A stretch of 64,000 bases of DNA from Mobula hypostoma (GCF_963921235.1 NC_086097.1:69690001-69754000), one strand, 5' to 3'. Shown: positions 50,140 through 64,000, counted from the first letter of the stretch. Made by a program: numbers and translations. The notes: a model not told the origin generated them from the letters alone.

Positions 50140-51198
50140 TCAGCTCATTGTCTCCCCCACCATCTGTCAGTGGATCAGGAGCTTCCTGACTGACAGGGTG
50201 CAGCAAGTGAGGCTGGGGAGCATAATTTCTAGCACCTGGACAATCAGTACCGGTGCCCCCCAGGGATGTGTGCTCTCCCCAATGCTCTTCTCCCTTTACA
50301 CTAATGACTGCACCTCACAGGATCCATCTGTTAAACTCCTGAAGTTTGCAGACGACATAACTGTCATTGGCCTTATCTGAGACGGTGATGAGTCTGCATA
50401 CAGACGGGGGGTGGAACGGCTGGCCCTCTGGTGTGGTCAGAACAATCTAGAGCTAAATACGCTCAAGACTGTGGAGATGACAGTGGACTTCAGGAGGAGC
50501 CCCCCCAATACCCCCCCCCCACAGTATTGTGTATGCTGTGGAGACCTTCAGGTTTCTGGGTGTCACAATCTTCCAGGACTTGAAGTGGACACCCAACGTG
50601 GACACTCTTATCAAAAAGGCTCAGCAGAGGTTGTATTTCCTACGTCAACTCAGGAAAAACAACCTGCCTCAGGAGCTGCTGATTCAATTCTATTCAGGAA
50701 TAATCCAGTCTGTTCTCTGTTCATCCATCACTATCTGGTTTGGATCAGCTACCAAACAGGACAAGAATAGACTCCAAAGAACAGTCAGGGCTGCGGAAAG
50801 GATTATTGGTGTGAAGTTGCCCTCGATCCAGGACTTATATGCATCTAGAGTCAGGAAGTGAGCAAGCAGCATCATTGTAGACCCATCACACCCTGAACAT
50901 CACCTGTTCCAACTCCGTCCTCCTGGTAGGCGCTTTAGATCGCTGTATGCCAGGACAAATAGGTACAAGAACAGTTTCTTTCTGTATGCCTTCGGTCTTA
51001 TGAACACTTGAATTTTAGTCTATTATAAACCAAGTCCACCTGTACATACACAGGTATACCTCATTGTATATAGTTCGCGATTATTTGCACTATTTTTTTT
51101 TTCCTTTTTGATTCTGTACAGCGAGGGCTCAGGGAAATCGGCATCAAATTCCCTGTATGTGTCTACATACTTGGCGATAATAAAGGATTCTGATTCTG
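50140..51198 (+). mobile_element. Younger Rex1/Babar-like LINE 3' part
   Basis: [22 protein letters not shown]...KLLKFADD, KKAQQRLYFLRQL; tail AATAAAGGATTCTGATTCTG. Confidence 0.88.
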
Positions 51199-51858
51199 TT
51201 TAATACAAGGATTTCAGAGGAGAGATTTAAAAAAAATTTCAAAAAACTTGCCTACGTAGAGTATTGGAGATAGTTACAGGTTAGACAAAGTACTGGTTTT
51301 GAGAATTATTATAGATGGTAATAGAAACATGATTAGCTTTAGGGAAGGAATTCCAGAGCTGAAGGGCTTGGCTGTATCTTAAAGTGAATCAGTATAAAAT
51401 TAAAAACTGTACAGAAGCAGTGTAGAAATTTCATAGCAAGTGGTAAGAAAAAGTTTTCATATCTATAGAAAGGGAATACAAAAGAAAACAAAATTATTTT
51501 ATTTTACCCATTTATTTCAAGAGAAAGTATATGACTGAAAATTGCAAACTCTAGTATCAAATACCAGATACCAATCATAGTTGGTAAGTGGAAATTAGAA
51601 ACTTACTAATAGGCTGCTTTGCATCAGTCTTTTGTTACCAACAAATTAAAAAGAGTAATATATAAGAATAATAAATAAATTGAGAAGCAAAGCTAATATA
51701 ACTGATGAGCCAAACATTTCTGCCTACAGTAATCTTATAAGTGCTTAATATTATTCTTCAGAATAACACACACAGAAATGCTGGAGGAACTTCAGAAATG
51801 TATTAACTGGCTGAGTAGACTTAATGGGCTGCAAGTTTTGCACCTCATATTTTCAATA

Positions 51859-52664
51859 CAATGGATTAATTGGATCATCAGTTAATGGGGCAGCCGCTGA
51901 TTTGGGTCAACTTGTAAAGAACAAAGTCTAATCAAGAAAATAGCCAGGATTCCCTTGTTTATTTGGGATCCAATGCTGCTTTCTTGACACAGGAGACTGT
52001 TGCTGAACAGTTTCTAACTAGAGCTTGATGTGTCCAGTTGTGTAATGGTTAGACGCTATACTGTGCTTAGAGTAAACAGTTTAAATAGCATCAGTTGCTT
52101 GTGCTTGTGTTCAAAAAGCAATGATTTTTGTCACTGATCGTTCACGAGAAATAAGCAGTAAGATAACTCAGAACCGTTTTGCTCACTGCGGTTTCAAGCA
52201 TTCAGGTTTGGAGATCCCAGAAAGAGCCAGGAGTGAAAATGAAACAATTTCACTACTTCAGCATGTTAGGAACTACAAAGAATTTGAAGGTATCAACAAT
52301 CACCTTGAATGTTACAATGAAAATGACAATTTGGAGTTGTTGATAGCATTGTACCAAGGCAGTCCATTATCTGCACGAAGTGTCTGCAGATTTTCTTCAT
52401 TTATATTCAATCAAAAGAGCACCATATTCTCTGTCGGTAACTACCAGGAACTATTACACTGTTTTATAGTACTGTTGTAGGATTGATAGTGTTCTAATTT
52501 GTTTACTATTTCATTTAAATGCATAATTTGTTACTTAGTTAAATGGTAGTTTGTCCTTTTTAACTTTTTCAACTATTTCCATGAAGCTTGAGCTAATTGG
52601 ACAGCCGCTTAATTGGGCCAAAAAATACTGTCCCCAGTGTGACCCAATTAATTGGCATCCACTG
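51859..52664 (+). mobile_element. Non-autonomous Tigger-like element
   Basis: TA|CAATGGATTAATTGG...CCAATTAATTGGCATCCACTG|TA termini; internal EISSKITQNRFAHCGFK resembles the Tigger TIxNCFxxxGF motif. Confidence 0.72.
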
Positions 52665-55060
52665 TATTTTGATGATAGTCTGCAGGATTTGAAAAGCGAA
52701 AATGATAGTAAATGCTAGAAATTTGAAATAATAGCATTAAATATTTAAAATTGTAGGCTAGTCAATACCAACTTAATTAACATTTCAGATTAATGACCTT
52801 TTATCAGAATTAGGCGAAATTCCAAATGATCCCATGTTTTGACTGACTAAACTGAGCCATACTAATGCTATCATTGAGAAATATAAAAAGCCTTCATTCA
52901 CATTGTAAACCTGCAGAAGAGCGTGTGTCTCGGAGAAGAGAATCTCACTCTACTGACATACTGTTTTGTTCTTCTTCGACACAAAGATAACAAGAAACAA
53001 TTAACTGCAGTTTCAATTGCTATAATCACTTTCCTAATTTTAATAGTTTGAATATAGTCAGATGAATTACATATTTGCAATGGTAGCACATCCTAACTAG
53101 CACAGCCCCTTCGAATATTCAATAATTCAAATTGCAGGAACTCAAGATATACCCCTTCTGTTACAGCGTTGAAGGATGGTTCCATGAATATACAACTAAC
53201 CAGAGGGTTAGGTGACAGAACAGGTCTGTCCTGAACTGTGAATTAAGTGGCAGGAATACACTATTAATAATGTGCAGGAATATTCAAGTGTCCCTAGGTA
53301 GTTTCCATGGGACAGAATCAGAATGACCTATTCCCAATGCCTGGTTTCACTAGCCACAAAGTATCAATTGAAAGTTAAATTATGTGCAGCTTTTATTTCT
53401 TGAGGATTGCTTCTCATTTTAGTTAATCTAAAATTATGCTATCCATGTCATAATTCCAGAATGATCCCTAACATCCTAGTTCTGAGGAAAGGTCACAGAT
53501 CTAAAAAGTGAACTAATTCTACTGTGTCTTTCTTTACAAATGCTGTCTGAACGGAATATTTCCCAGCGTTTTCTGTTTTTATTACAATCTGCGTAGACTA
53601 ATCTGGGTCCTCTGGCTGGGTGGGTCACATGTTTTGAGATCACCTGTTGAAGGCTGAGTTCAATGGCATAGAGAGAGGAAGGCCAAAGCTCTTTTGGGGA
53701 GTAGGTCAAAGTGTCAAGAAATTCCACAGCCCAGAGAACTCATCTCACAACTGTACCTGATGGAGAAGATCGCACAAAGGTTTTGTATACATTTTTAATT
53801 CACCAGAGAGCTTAGTCTGCATTGTGTTCATGAGAATACAGTGTTTTCTCCAACTTCCTTCTGATAAACAGGTCCTTAAGCCTTGCTGTCCCTCTAACAT
53901 GTCATTATTGTGCATTATGAGCTAAATTTTGTTAGATCAGCTTTCAACTATTAATGCATGAGATGTTCTTTTATGTCTGAATGATACTGGAGTTTAAAAG
54001 TTAAAAGAACTGTTCAGACGAGTTGAATACAGAAGATCATGCTGAACACTAAATGCTCAACATGATTTCAGAATTTAATAAGGTACATATATTTTTTAAA
54101 AAATCATCAGATCATCAGATAGAGTCCAGACCAAGGAAGCACCAGCTTAAAATTAGATCCTGGGCTTTCAGGATGATGCCAGGAAGCATATGTCCGTACA
54201 AAGGTCATAGAAATCTGAAACTCTTCCCCCCCCCCCCCCACCTACCATCTTCAAAAAGTGTTTAAGTAGCGTTAACTTGAAAGTTTCAAAATCTCAGATC
54301 AATTGTGTATCAGATTCGGGTATTAAGGATTTCAGATTAGATAGATGAGGTTAAATTACAGTTCTAATTAAAAGCTGAGGGGACGCAGACTTGAATGGCT
54401 TGCTCCTGTTTTAGTTCTGTGTGGTTGGCTGTCTTAGATTTTGAACTGGCATTTTCAAAATGCTTATTTTTTTATTATAAGTAAAATCCAAACCAATGTT
54501 TCTATCGATAAAAATAATCTACTTGGATATATCTTGATAATTGAAAGCAACAGTGAAGATATAAGATGTGATGAATCATGGTATCAAATTCTGTAATGTA
54601 AGATGATAGTGATATTTAAGAAGATCATTAGAAGAGTTATGAAAATGTAGCTCATGGTTACTTTCTATTTTAGTAGGTCTTTGAATTCTTATCAGGATTG
54701 GATGTCACCTTTTTAATATTTTTTGGCAAGGACCCTAGCTGTTATAACATTTATATGCCGTTGTCAGTAGACTATTTTTGTAAGATCTGCTTTTTGCAGA
54801 ATGTGATTGAGGAACATAGCTAGTTTAGCCAGGAACCTGTGTAGTTTTGTACCATGCAATTTTTTTCGCAGGTTTTGTGCCTCTTAATACATCTTCTCAA
54901 CAGAAATTTAATTGCTTTTTTCTGCCATGTAATCAGGTCATGTAACAATTTTAATTGCCCCATTTTAAAAAGAACTGCTGAGGATGTTTCTTTTCTATTC
55001 TGTCATAGTGTGTACATTTTAGATTTGGTAATCTGCAATATATGAAGAACCTCTTCTCTC

Positions 55061-55069
55061 CCCCCCCCC

Positions 55070-55116
<47 letters not shown>

Positions 55117-55135
55117 TCTCTCTCTCTCTCTCACT
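55061..55135. repeat. Compound microsatellite (C)n(CA)n(CT)n
   Basis: Seen directly. Confidence 0.95.
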
Positions 55136-55394
55136 CTGTTTACAAGCACAGAGGAGGAAATATGTTTTCATTTAGCTGATGGTGTAAATCTGGAGAGTGA
55201 TTTCAGTCCATACAACATATATAGACTTGGAAAGCAGTTGTATGAAGACATCTGTTGCTTTTCATCTTTCCTTGCTGACAGTTTAGTTTCCATTGGTATA
55301 ACTTAGTGTTATCTTTCCCTGCTGGTTAGTTATAGACTTATTGGGGAAAAAAGAACATTCAGTTACAAATTCTACATTTAATTAAGAGCATTGC

Positions 55395-55565
55395 CGAAAA
55401 TTACAGACACGATGAGGAAAAAGAAAATAAAAAGCAGTTGTATAATTAGTTTCAGCAGATTGTGTTTGTCTATTATTGTGACTTAGATGAAGATCAGACC
55501 ACATTTATGAGTAATTAATGCAGAGAGGTAATTGCAAAAGGTACACCAACTTTTTCTTGCAGCTG
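55395..55565 (-). mobile_element. Tc1-like transposon right terminal region
   Basis: Reverse complement TA|CAGCTGCAAGAAAAAGTTGGTGTACCTTTTGCAATTACC...GTGGTCTGATCTTCATCTAAGTC aligns with 49943-50030. Confidence 0.6.
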
Positions 55566-56069
55566 TACATGGCACTATTTTTGTGATGTTGGTGAGCATC
55601 GTGTTCTGGCCACCATTTCAGAGCATCACTGAACACTGGATCTGCTTGATAACAATCCAAGCATTGCTGCTTAATGTTTTTATTTCATTCACTTGTATTC
55701 AGTTAAGAATCATTCACATTCCTCTGGATCCATAAGCCCTGACCTAATCTGGTCTGTATGTGAATGAGTAAGGGTAGCAAGGATAGAAAGTTTAATCTCT
55801 TTCTACTAAATATAATTGTATGATAACAGTATGGAATTTGCAATTCGTGGAGAATGGAATGTGTTCCTGCTGACTTTGTGAAAATGTGTCTACAACAACT
55901 TAACAGCTTTAAATCAGTTCTGATGTAGTAATTTTGAATTTAAGTCAATTATAGGTGATCTGTAGTGTGATCACCCAATGAGATTGAAAATTTCGTAACA
56001 ACAGAGGGAATAAAAAGCATGAAAGAGTATAAGAATTAAGTTTAAGAGTGGGGCAAAGACCCTTAATAT

Positions 56070-56790
56070 TGAATTGACTTTATTTTTTATATCCTTCACA
56101 TACATGAGTAGTAAAAATCTTTGTTACATCGCCATCTAAATGTGCAATCATAGTAATTTATAGTTTATAATAAATAGAACAGTCAGTGTAACATAGAAAT
56201 ACACTCAAATCAGCATGAGTTAATCAGTTTGATGGTCTGGTGGAAGAAGCTGTCCCGGAGCCTGTTGGTCTTGGCTTTTATGCTGTGGTACAGTTTCCCA
56301 GATGGTAGCAGCTGGAATAGATTGTGGTTGGGGTGACTCAGGTCCCCAATGATCCTTCGGGCCCTTTACACCTGTCTTTGTAAATGTCCTGAATCATGGG
56401 AAGTTCACAACTGCAGATGCGCTGGGCTGTCCGCACCACTCTCTGCAGAATCCTGCAATTAAGGGCGATACAGTTCCCATCCCATACCAGGCAGTGATGC
56501 AGCCAGACAGGATGCTCTCAGTTGTGCCCTGTAGAAAGTTCTTAGGACCATACCAAACTTTCTCAACCGCCTGAGGTGAAAGAGGCGCTCTTGTGCCTTT
56601 TTCACCACACAGCTGGTGAGTACAGACCACGTGAGGTCCTCAGTGATGTGGATGCTGAGGAACTCAAAGCTGTTTACCCTCTCAACTCCAGATCCATTGA
56701 TGTCAATAGGGGTTAGCCTGTCTCCATTCTTCCTGTAATCCACAACAAGCTCCTTTGTTTTTGTGACGTTGAGGGAGAGGTTGTTTTACT
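56070..56790 (-). mobile_element. Rex1/Babar-like LINE 3' fragment
   Basis: VERVNSFEFLSIHITEDLTWS...KKAQERLFHLRRLRKFG. Confidence 0.85.
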
Positions 56791-58099
56791 TCTACTCAAT
56801 AAGATCATTGCTGATATTCAGTATCGATTCTGCCTTTCCAACTGAATCCCATAATCTACTATTTCTTTAAAACAAACAAATATTTTCTAAGGATAAAATC
56901 AATAACTAAGCTTTGAACTCCAAAGGGATACCTCATTGTTGAGCTGCACATCCTCATTCAAGGACGCAATTTTTCCGAATTTTGGTCCCAATTCTTAATC
57001 CTTAAGATCTGCTTTCTGGTTTCAGCCTAGTACTGATCAATTTTACTATTGTTCTGGATATTTCCAAAAATTGTTTTTAAAATTTTGTGAATTCCAGCTT
57101 TAATATCATTAAAGTTTGAAACATCTCTTTCACCATTTTTGCATTGTTAATCTTTATTGAGTTCTGCCTATTTTTGTCACATTGTTGCTCAAGAAGGTTA
57201 ACAAGCCAACACTGCAAGCAATTGGGGTAAATAATTAAGATTGGCTTTCATAATGATCCTCTGCATCCTGGTTTTAGCAGAAGATTGAAACATTATCATC
57301 TTAATGATAAGATTTCATTGTGGATTTGCTGAGCATTAACCATTTAATTTTCGGCCCTCTCTCTGGTTTTCTTGTTTGCCTCCTACGCCTAGTTTAGCAA
57401 TGCAATGCGAAGTTGGCACCTCCGGCCCTTGGAACCACGCTGCCCCAGCAATCCCTGACAAACCGATTAACCCTAACAATTTATGATGAGCAATTAACCT
57501 ACTGGTACATCATTGGACTTTGGGAGGAAACTGGATCACCCGGGGAAAGCCCACACATTCCACAGAATCGTGACTGATTTGAACTTTGAACTGCAAATGC
57601 ATCGCACTAACTGCTACATTACTTTGTCTTCTAATCCTATGTGACATAGGCTGGAATAACATAGGAACCCAACTAAGTTTAAGAATGATTGATGCATATC
57701 ACTTGTTTACTAGATTTTCTGCCACTTGAAAATCTTAAATAAAATTCTTTCCATACCTTTAAAGATGCAGCATTTGTGCACTGTTGACATAAATGCAAAA
57801 TTTTCTGTAAATAATTGTACTATAAAGTTAGCTTTGTGTTGCATGTGACAATCACAACATTTAGCAATAATCTTCATCACAATATCAATGAAATCTTCAG
57901 CTCCAACATTAATGAAGATCGTAACTACTGAGGAGCCATTCTTGGGGATGCCTATCCACACCATTCCACTTTTTATTTTGCTTTTTTACTTAAGAGCGCC
58001 TTTAAAATCTATTCTTTGACCTTATGTTTTGAGTTTTTATGGTATCGGCATGCTGTGTAATTCTTCCTTTGCTTAAATTCTAATAGCTGGCAGCAAAAT

Positions 58100-58640
58100 A
58101 CTTGTGTTATAGTTGCAGAGAAAGTGTAGTGCAGGTAAATAATAAGGTGCAAGATCATAACGAGGTAGATTGTGAAGTCAAGAGTCCGTTTTATCATATT
58201 AGGGAACCATTTAATAGTCTTAATAATGGTATATACTTTAAGGTTTTTGTATCTTCTGCACAGTGGAAGGGGGGGGACAAGAGAACGTGGGGTGGGTGGG
58301 GTCTTTGCTTATGTTGGCTACTTAATTGATGCAGCAAGAAGTATACTGTAGACTGCATCCATGGAGGGGAGGTTGATTTCTGTGATAATGCTGAGCTGTG
58401 TCTAAACTCCACAGTGTCTTGTCATGTGCAGAGCAGTTGCCATATCAAGCTGTCAAACATCCTGATAGGATTATTTCTGTGGTGCATTGATTAAAAATTT
58501 GCAAGGGTCAACTGGGACACGCCACATTTCTTTTGTCTTCTGAGGGAAGCAGAAGCATTGGTGAGCTTACTTGGCCATGGCATCAGTGTGGTTTGACCTG
58601 ATGTTCACCTCTTGCAACATGAAGGTCTGAACCCTCTCAT
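58100..58640 (-). mobile_element. Degenerate Rex1/Babar-like 3' fragment, same family as 16200-16900
   Basis: Visible nucleotide similarity to 16310-16870 (GTGCAGGTA...CAAGATCATAACGAGGTAGATTGTGAAGTCAA). Confidence 0.65.
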
Positions 58641-59832
58641 CTAGTCCAGGCCTCTATATTACTAATCTCATGAAATACTTTTTCTGCTACCACTGATGTC
58701 TCAACTCATTTACTTCCATTTATGAACAAAACTATAGTTTGGATTGATCTGATCTTTCCTAGAATTAGCTTTCTTGATTTCTATGACATTTTTGATATAG
58801 CCATCAGCAAAAATTTTATAGAATTTAGAGTGTTACGGAAAAATTATGGACAAACTCCCTTGACTGAAAACCTAAGGGGTCTCCTTCTTGAAGAGCACTT
58901 TACTTTTCTAAACAAACTACAGTCAAAAGTGGGAGAAAGAACTGGATCTTGTAATCTCTCCAGGGGTAATGCTGAATAGTTCCTACACAGGGAATTGCAT
59001 CTGCAACACTTGCAACATAACAATGAACAGACCTAAGTGAAATAAATTGCATTATGGTTGGTTGGGACTTTGGAGTGTTCAAAACCTGTTACACCAGTAA
59101 AATATTTTGATAGCTGCTTAATCCACAGCTTCTGTATTAACCAGTTGTTAAATCGTCCAGAAATCTTGTGATTTCCGACATTGAGGAACCACTATTGGCT
59201 ATGCAAATAACAACAAACTCTTAGATATAAAGCACTTTGATCATTCTCACCCCTTCACATTGATTGACATCAGTGGAGAAAAACTTGGGCACAGAATTTC
59301 CTTGGGAACTTTTTTTTAAAAATGATTGCTGAATCTTAAAACTGAGACAATAATTATTTTATGACTTTAAATGAAACTTCTTCAAGATTCTAGTTTCTCC
59401 AACAGTTTGTGAAGTATATTTAGAAAATTAGAGCAGTCTTGGTGGGGGGAGGAATAATGATAAGTTATCTCATAAATGATGCTAGGTGAGTGAACGATAT
59501 AGATTCTTTGTTGAAGAAGAGCAGAACAAGACTTATTCATTGCTTATTGATGCTTACTGCAATAGTGATGGTGTAGAACATAGTTAAAAACCTACTCAGA
59601 GTGAGGCACTCCTGACAGAAGTATTTGCTCTACATTTGCCAAGCCCTTCACAATTGACAAAACTTAGCTGCAGTGAAATAGCTGTTTTTTTTGTTCCATA
59701 GAAAGATTTAAAATGAAAGTCAATATTCTTCTTTACACTTGTATTCCCAATTATTGAGATTTTAGAATTCTTTGTAAATACACCATGATGTTGATTTAGC
59801 TGTTTAATTATTTAATGCATTTTATCTTGCAG

Positions 59833-59936
59833 GCTCGGATAGCATTTTTACAAGGAGAAAGGAAAGGTCAGGAAAACTTGAAGAAGGATCTAGTAAGAAG
59901 AATAAAAATGTTAGAATATGCTTTAAAACAAGAAAG
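59833..59936 (+). CDS. STRN3: STRN3 coding exon 2 (104 nt)
   Basis: ARIAFLQGERKGQENLKKDLVRRIKMLEYALKQE(R) continues exon 1 in frame; acceptor TTTATCTTGCAG, donor AAG|GTAATT. Confidence 0.97.
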
Positions 59937-60474
59937 GTAATTGTTTAAAAGTACTATTTATACTGAATATTTTCAACTGGTGGCCGTAACATTGAAATAA
60001 TGAATTTAATTTAAATAAAATCCAGTCAAAATCTATTAGTTTTCAGCAAGCTTGTATTAATTCCTCATTTGAATATTTGTATTTGCATGGATATTCACTG
60101 TTAATTATTTAAAAAAATTATTGATTGGTTCTGAGTTTTTATTTCAGTATTTCTTGCAAACTGCTTTATTGTCAATTTTTATGAAGCATTTGATACACAG
60201 ATTGATTACAAGGGATATTTTGACCTAACATTTGTATGTGGGAACCCTTTGCTTGTGTGGGCATTTATGCTTTTGACTTTGTGGTAAGACTTTGTTCAAC
60301 TTTCATGTGCTTCTGAGTTAATTTGGTGACAATTTTCCATTTGGATTCATGTGAAAATTAGCTAGTTAGACCTAATGAGAGAAAATTTTAGCAGCTCAGC
60401 AACTTCAATAAATATTGGAAGGAGGCAGGGAGTCGACATTTTTTACTTGTTTCTAAAGATTAAGTGCCACATTT

Positions 60475-60652
60475 TGGCAGATACAATTGGGTCTTTTAAG
60501 AGACTCTTCGATAGGTACCTGGAGCTTAGAAAAATAGAGGGCTAGGTGGTAGGAAAATTCTAGGTAGCTTCTAGAGTAGATTACATGGTTGGCACAACTT
60601 TGTGGGCCGAAGGGCCTATAATGTGTTGTAGATTTTCATTGTTTTATGTTCT
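60475..60652 (+). mobile_element. CR1 3' UTR fragment
   Basis: Homologous to 41160-41325. Confidence 0.8.
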
Positions 60653-63600
60653 AATTTTGAATGCTCAAAAACAAAGTACCATTGTTAGAGAGAAAGAACT
60701 GCAATCTATACAAATCAGTGAACAGAGATTCAGCAGTGGAAAAAAAACCCCAAAATCTTTCACCTTGCTATGTCGGACTGTCCTTGTGGCCGTCATTTTG
60801 TGAACTATTTGGTGACCTGATTCTTCCTCCGGGATAACTTAATCTGAGCCGTTGAATGTGGACGTAAAGAGTTTCTGCTAATGAGCTGCTAAACCTGAGA
60901 CCATTCTCAGATAAGGATCTGTTTATTATGCAAAATTACAGGATTGCAGAAGGAACACTCTATGATCTGGTCTTCTGGGTCCAGTGTTTGGCTGACTTGG
61001 TTAGACTGGTTTGAACTAGTCTGAGTTGGACCGAACGAAAGATATTACCTAGGCACAAGGCTGATGGGACAGCCATAAAGCAATACTGCTTGTAGCCTTG
61101 GGCCACATCCAATGAGAAGCTTACATAGGCCAGTCAGATGACCCTGAGCCAGCGAAATTGAAATCGAGATTGATCCAATAAGGAAAAGAATAAGAATGGA
61201 GGATTTTGGGAGAACTGATAGTGACAACTCTGTGGAGACCAACAATTGCAGAAGTGGATGACCTCACTGGGAAACATATCAGGATCATGAAGAACAGATG
61301 GCTGCCGTAAACTCCTTCTCTGGGCCTTTTCTCCTCTTTGATTGTTCATGGAGAGTCAGGGAAACCTGGTGGATGTGCACTCAGTATTCAGTTGTGTAAA
61401 TTCTTGTGCTTGTGAACTGGGCCAATAAAGGTACTTGTCAGTAAATACAGATTCTCTTTGTGCCTCACTGATCATTATTATTGAGGGTTATCACTTAAAA
61501 CACCATTTATTAAATTTCTTAAATATTAAGTATTTTTAAGTTACACAGTGCAATAATGCTGTGCTTATGCCCACATTTAACCATTTAAATTCAAAAACTA
61601 CGAGAAATGCAATATTTGTGAAATAAAAACAGAAATTACTGGAAATCCTCGGTTGGCCAGGCAGCATCTTGAAGTAAGAACAGTTAATATTTCAATATGA
61701 TGGCTTTTTGTCAGATTAAACATCAGTCTGAAAGATTAGCCCTGTTGATCTCCATAGATGCTACCTGATGTGTTGTGATTTTTTAGAATTTTCTTATTTA
61801 GCTCCAACAGGTGATGGCTTTAGTGAGTGATTGTAGTTTCAGATGCATAAAATGGGCGACACATTTGTCAAACAAGACATCTTATCTCCATAGAGGCAAC
61901 TATTAAAATTATTGCTAATATGCACATGAAAAATCATCCTACTAAGAACTTCCTTTGAGAATTGGCAAGTTTTGTGTTTATTGAACTTGTGTAGAGACAA
62001 GAGTGCAAGTATAATAAAATAGATGCAGGGTTATGTTCTCATTAAGGAATGGAAACTTGTTTTTGTCTCATCTGTATCTCTTCATCTGTTAATTTGATGT
62101 AAATTTCTTGTTAAATGCTTTAAAAAAAATTAATGTAAGGATGTCCTTGAGAGAGAGAGAGAGAGGGAGATTGTTTGGCACTAAGTAAATGAAAGAATGA
62201 AATTTGTCAAGTGCTAATCTATCACTTTTGAATGAATTCCACCATGAATTAAAGTCAGTGTCACGAAACTAAATGCGATAAGATTATGATCAGAGAAGTA
62301 GCACTTGAGTCTCAGCAATTGATTTGATTTGAATGGGGATGAAGTTGGGCCAAGGAGGAGGGAAGTACCTACTGCAAGAAATAATCTTCACCTGTCGGGT
62401 GGAGTGGGTTTATTTGTGGTGTTTTATGAATAGTCCTTTGATGATAAGAATATTGACGAACAATACTTCTTTTGCGTACCTGAACACTTTCCATTTTAAA
62501 GTTATACTTTCGGGAACCACCACCTTTTAGAATGTAAATAGATCTAGATTGTTAGCACCGGTAATTTCTGTAGAAGTTGTAAATTTCTATGTACATTAAA
62601 TAAAATTGAAACAGATGATAAGCATGCTTTCTGGTGTTTGATTGTTCTGAACAGGCTGCCCAGGGCATTGAATTGACTATGATGCTCTGTGATATTGATT
62701 TTGTATATACCTGATATTTGAATGTAATCTAAAATGAGGCTATCCCTTAAAATCACAGTTCTTTTTTTAAATTAAAAATGTTTCTAAGTGGTTAAGAAAT
62801 GAGAGAATATGGGTTTATATGGTATGTTTTATAACTTCAAGTGGATGTAATATGATTGAAGTGTAAAAGACTAGCACAATACAGCTGTAATATGGAAATA
62901 TGGTACATTTCGTTTCAGCTAGATTTCACAAGAACAGTGAAATACACAATATTGATTGTGGGCTAAATTTTATCCAGCACACATGAGATTACAGATGGAA
63001 TCTTGAATTAATGTCTCATATGAAAGATACCTTAATAATGCCGTGCTCACTCTGTACTGCACAGAAGTGCCGAAATGGATTAACAGTTCACTTGTCCAAA
63101 GCAGATTGGGGCTTTAGTGAGAGTACCAATATTGAGCCATGCTAATCCTTGTATAGTTCATTCCACAACCTACTGAATCTGGTCGAGACCTAACATCAAT
63201 TTAAGCAAATTTGTATAAGCTTCTGTAAATTTTTAAGTAAAAATGTCATAAATTAAAAATCAGACAGTGCATCTTAATTGGGATTTTGTGTGGTACTGAC
63301 ATTTTCTATATGAATTTATGTTGAAGCTTTTAAAGTATACACTTCTTGAAGAATGTAATGTATTGAAGCTTTTGACTTTTGATCAGATAAGTTTGTCTTT
63401 GACCCAGATAATTGATCGAACAGAGTTTGAATGTCTGCCTCAGTGTTGTCATTAAGCAGCTCCGTCACATATCTGTCCTTCTAAATGAGGCTTGGCATGT
63501 TTGCATCCTTGTTGTTCCACTGGGGTATCTTAACTTTTTAGGCCTGTCATTGAAGTGGTAGTGAGTACATTCCTTTTTATGTTGGCACAAGATGTTGCAT

Positions 63601-64000
63601 ATGACAAAGATGCCTGAACACGTTCAGGGTTTTTGTTACAATACTTGTCTTTTGGGCAGATGTCCGGCGTGTGATAGAATTCTTTTCAGTTGCTTGGATT
63701 AATGCAGCTTTATCAGAATTTAAGAAGCTCAGGATCATCCAGGATGAAACAGCCTGTTTGATCTGCCTCCTGTTAAAAGTTCACACTCATTGTCATCAGT
63801 CCACTGTATTTATAATATATATCATCTCTATGTAACATAGCGATTTGTAGGCAGCTTTAATAACAATTTCTGGAAGCATGGCCTCTATCACCTAGAAGGT
63901 CTGAGATGCTCTTCTTGAGTGACTTTCACCCTAGATTTGAGAGTTTTTAGGTGGCTAATGAGAGTAGATTCTTCCTTAGGGACTAGGTGCATAGATTTAG

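Larger units (their letters stand above)
12803..59832 (+). other. STRN3: STRN3 intron 1 (47,030 nt), rich in transposable elements
   Basis: GT...AG between exon 1 and exon 2, which join in frame. Confidence 0.93.

Overview
This is vertebrate genomic DNA, most likely from a cartilaginous fish (ray-like repeat content; inference). It holds the head-to-head AP4S1/STRN3 locus. AP4S1 is on the minus strand, with coding exons of 138, 87, 69 and 12 nt; the 12-nt microexon is followed by a U12-type donor, and the last exon lies outside the window. STRN3 is on the plus strand, with exon 1 in a CpG island, a 47-kb intron 1, and exon 2. The rest is intronic: a 2.8-kb 34-bp minisatellite, CR1, RTE and Rex1/Babar-like LINE fragments, tRNA-derived SINEs, Tigger/Tc1 DNA transposons, a solo LTR, and a decayed class I-like endogenous retrovirus (pol and env). 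The most notable structure is a family of Penelope-like (GIY-YIG) insertions. They form TSD-bounded palindromes, the largest about 2.4 kb, and carry minimal type I hammerhead ribozyme motifs. All calls were made by eye, so repeat boundaries are approximate unless a TSD is given.
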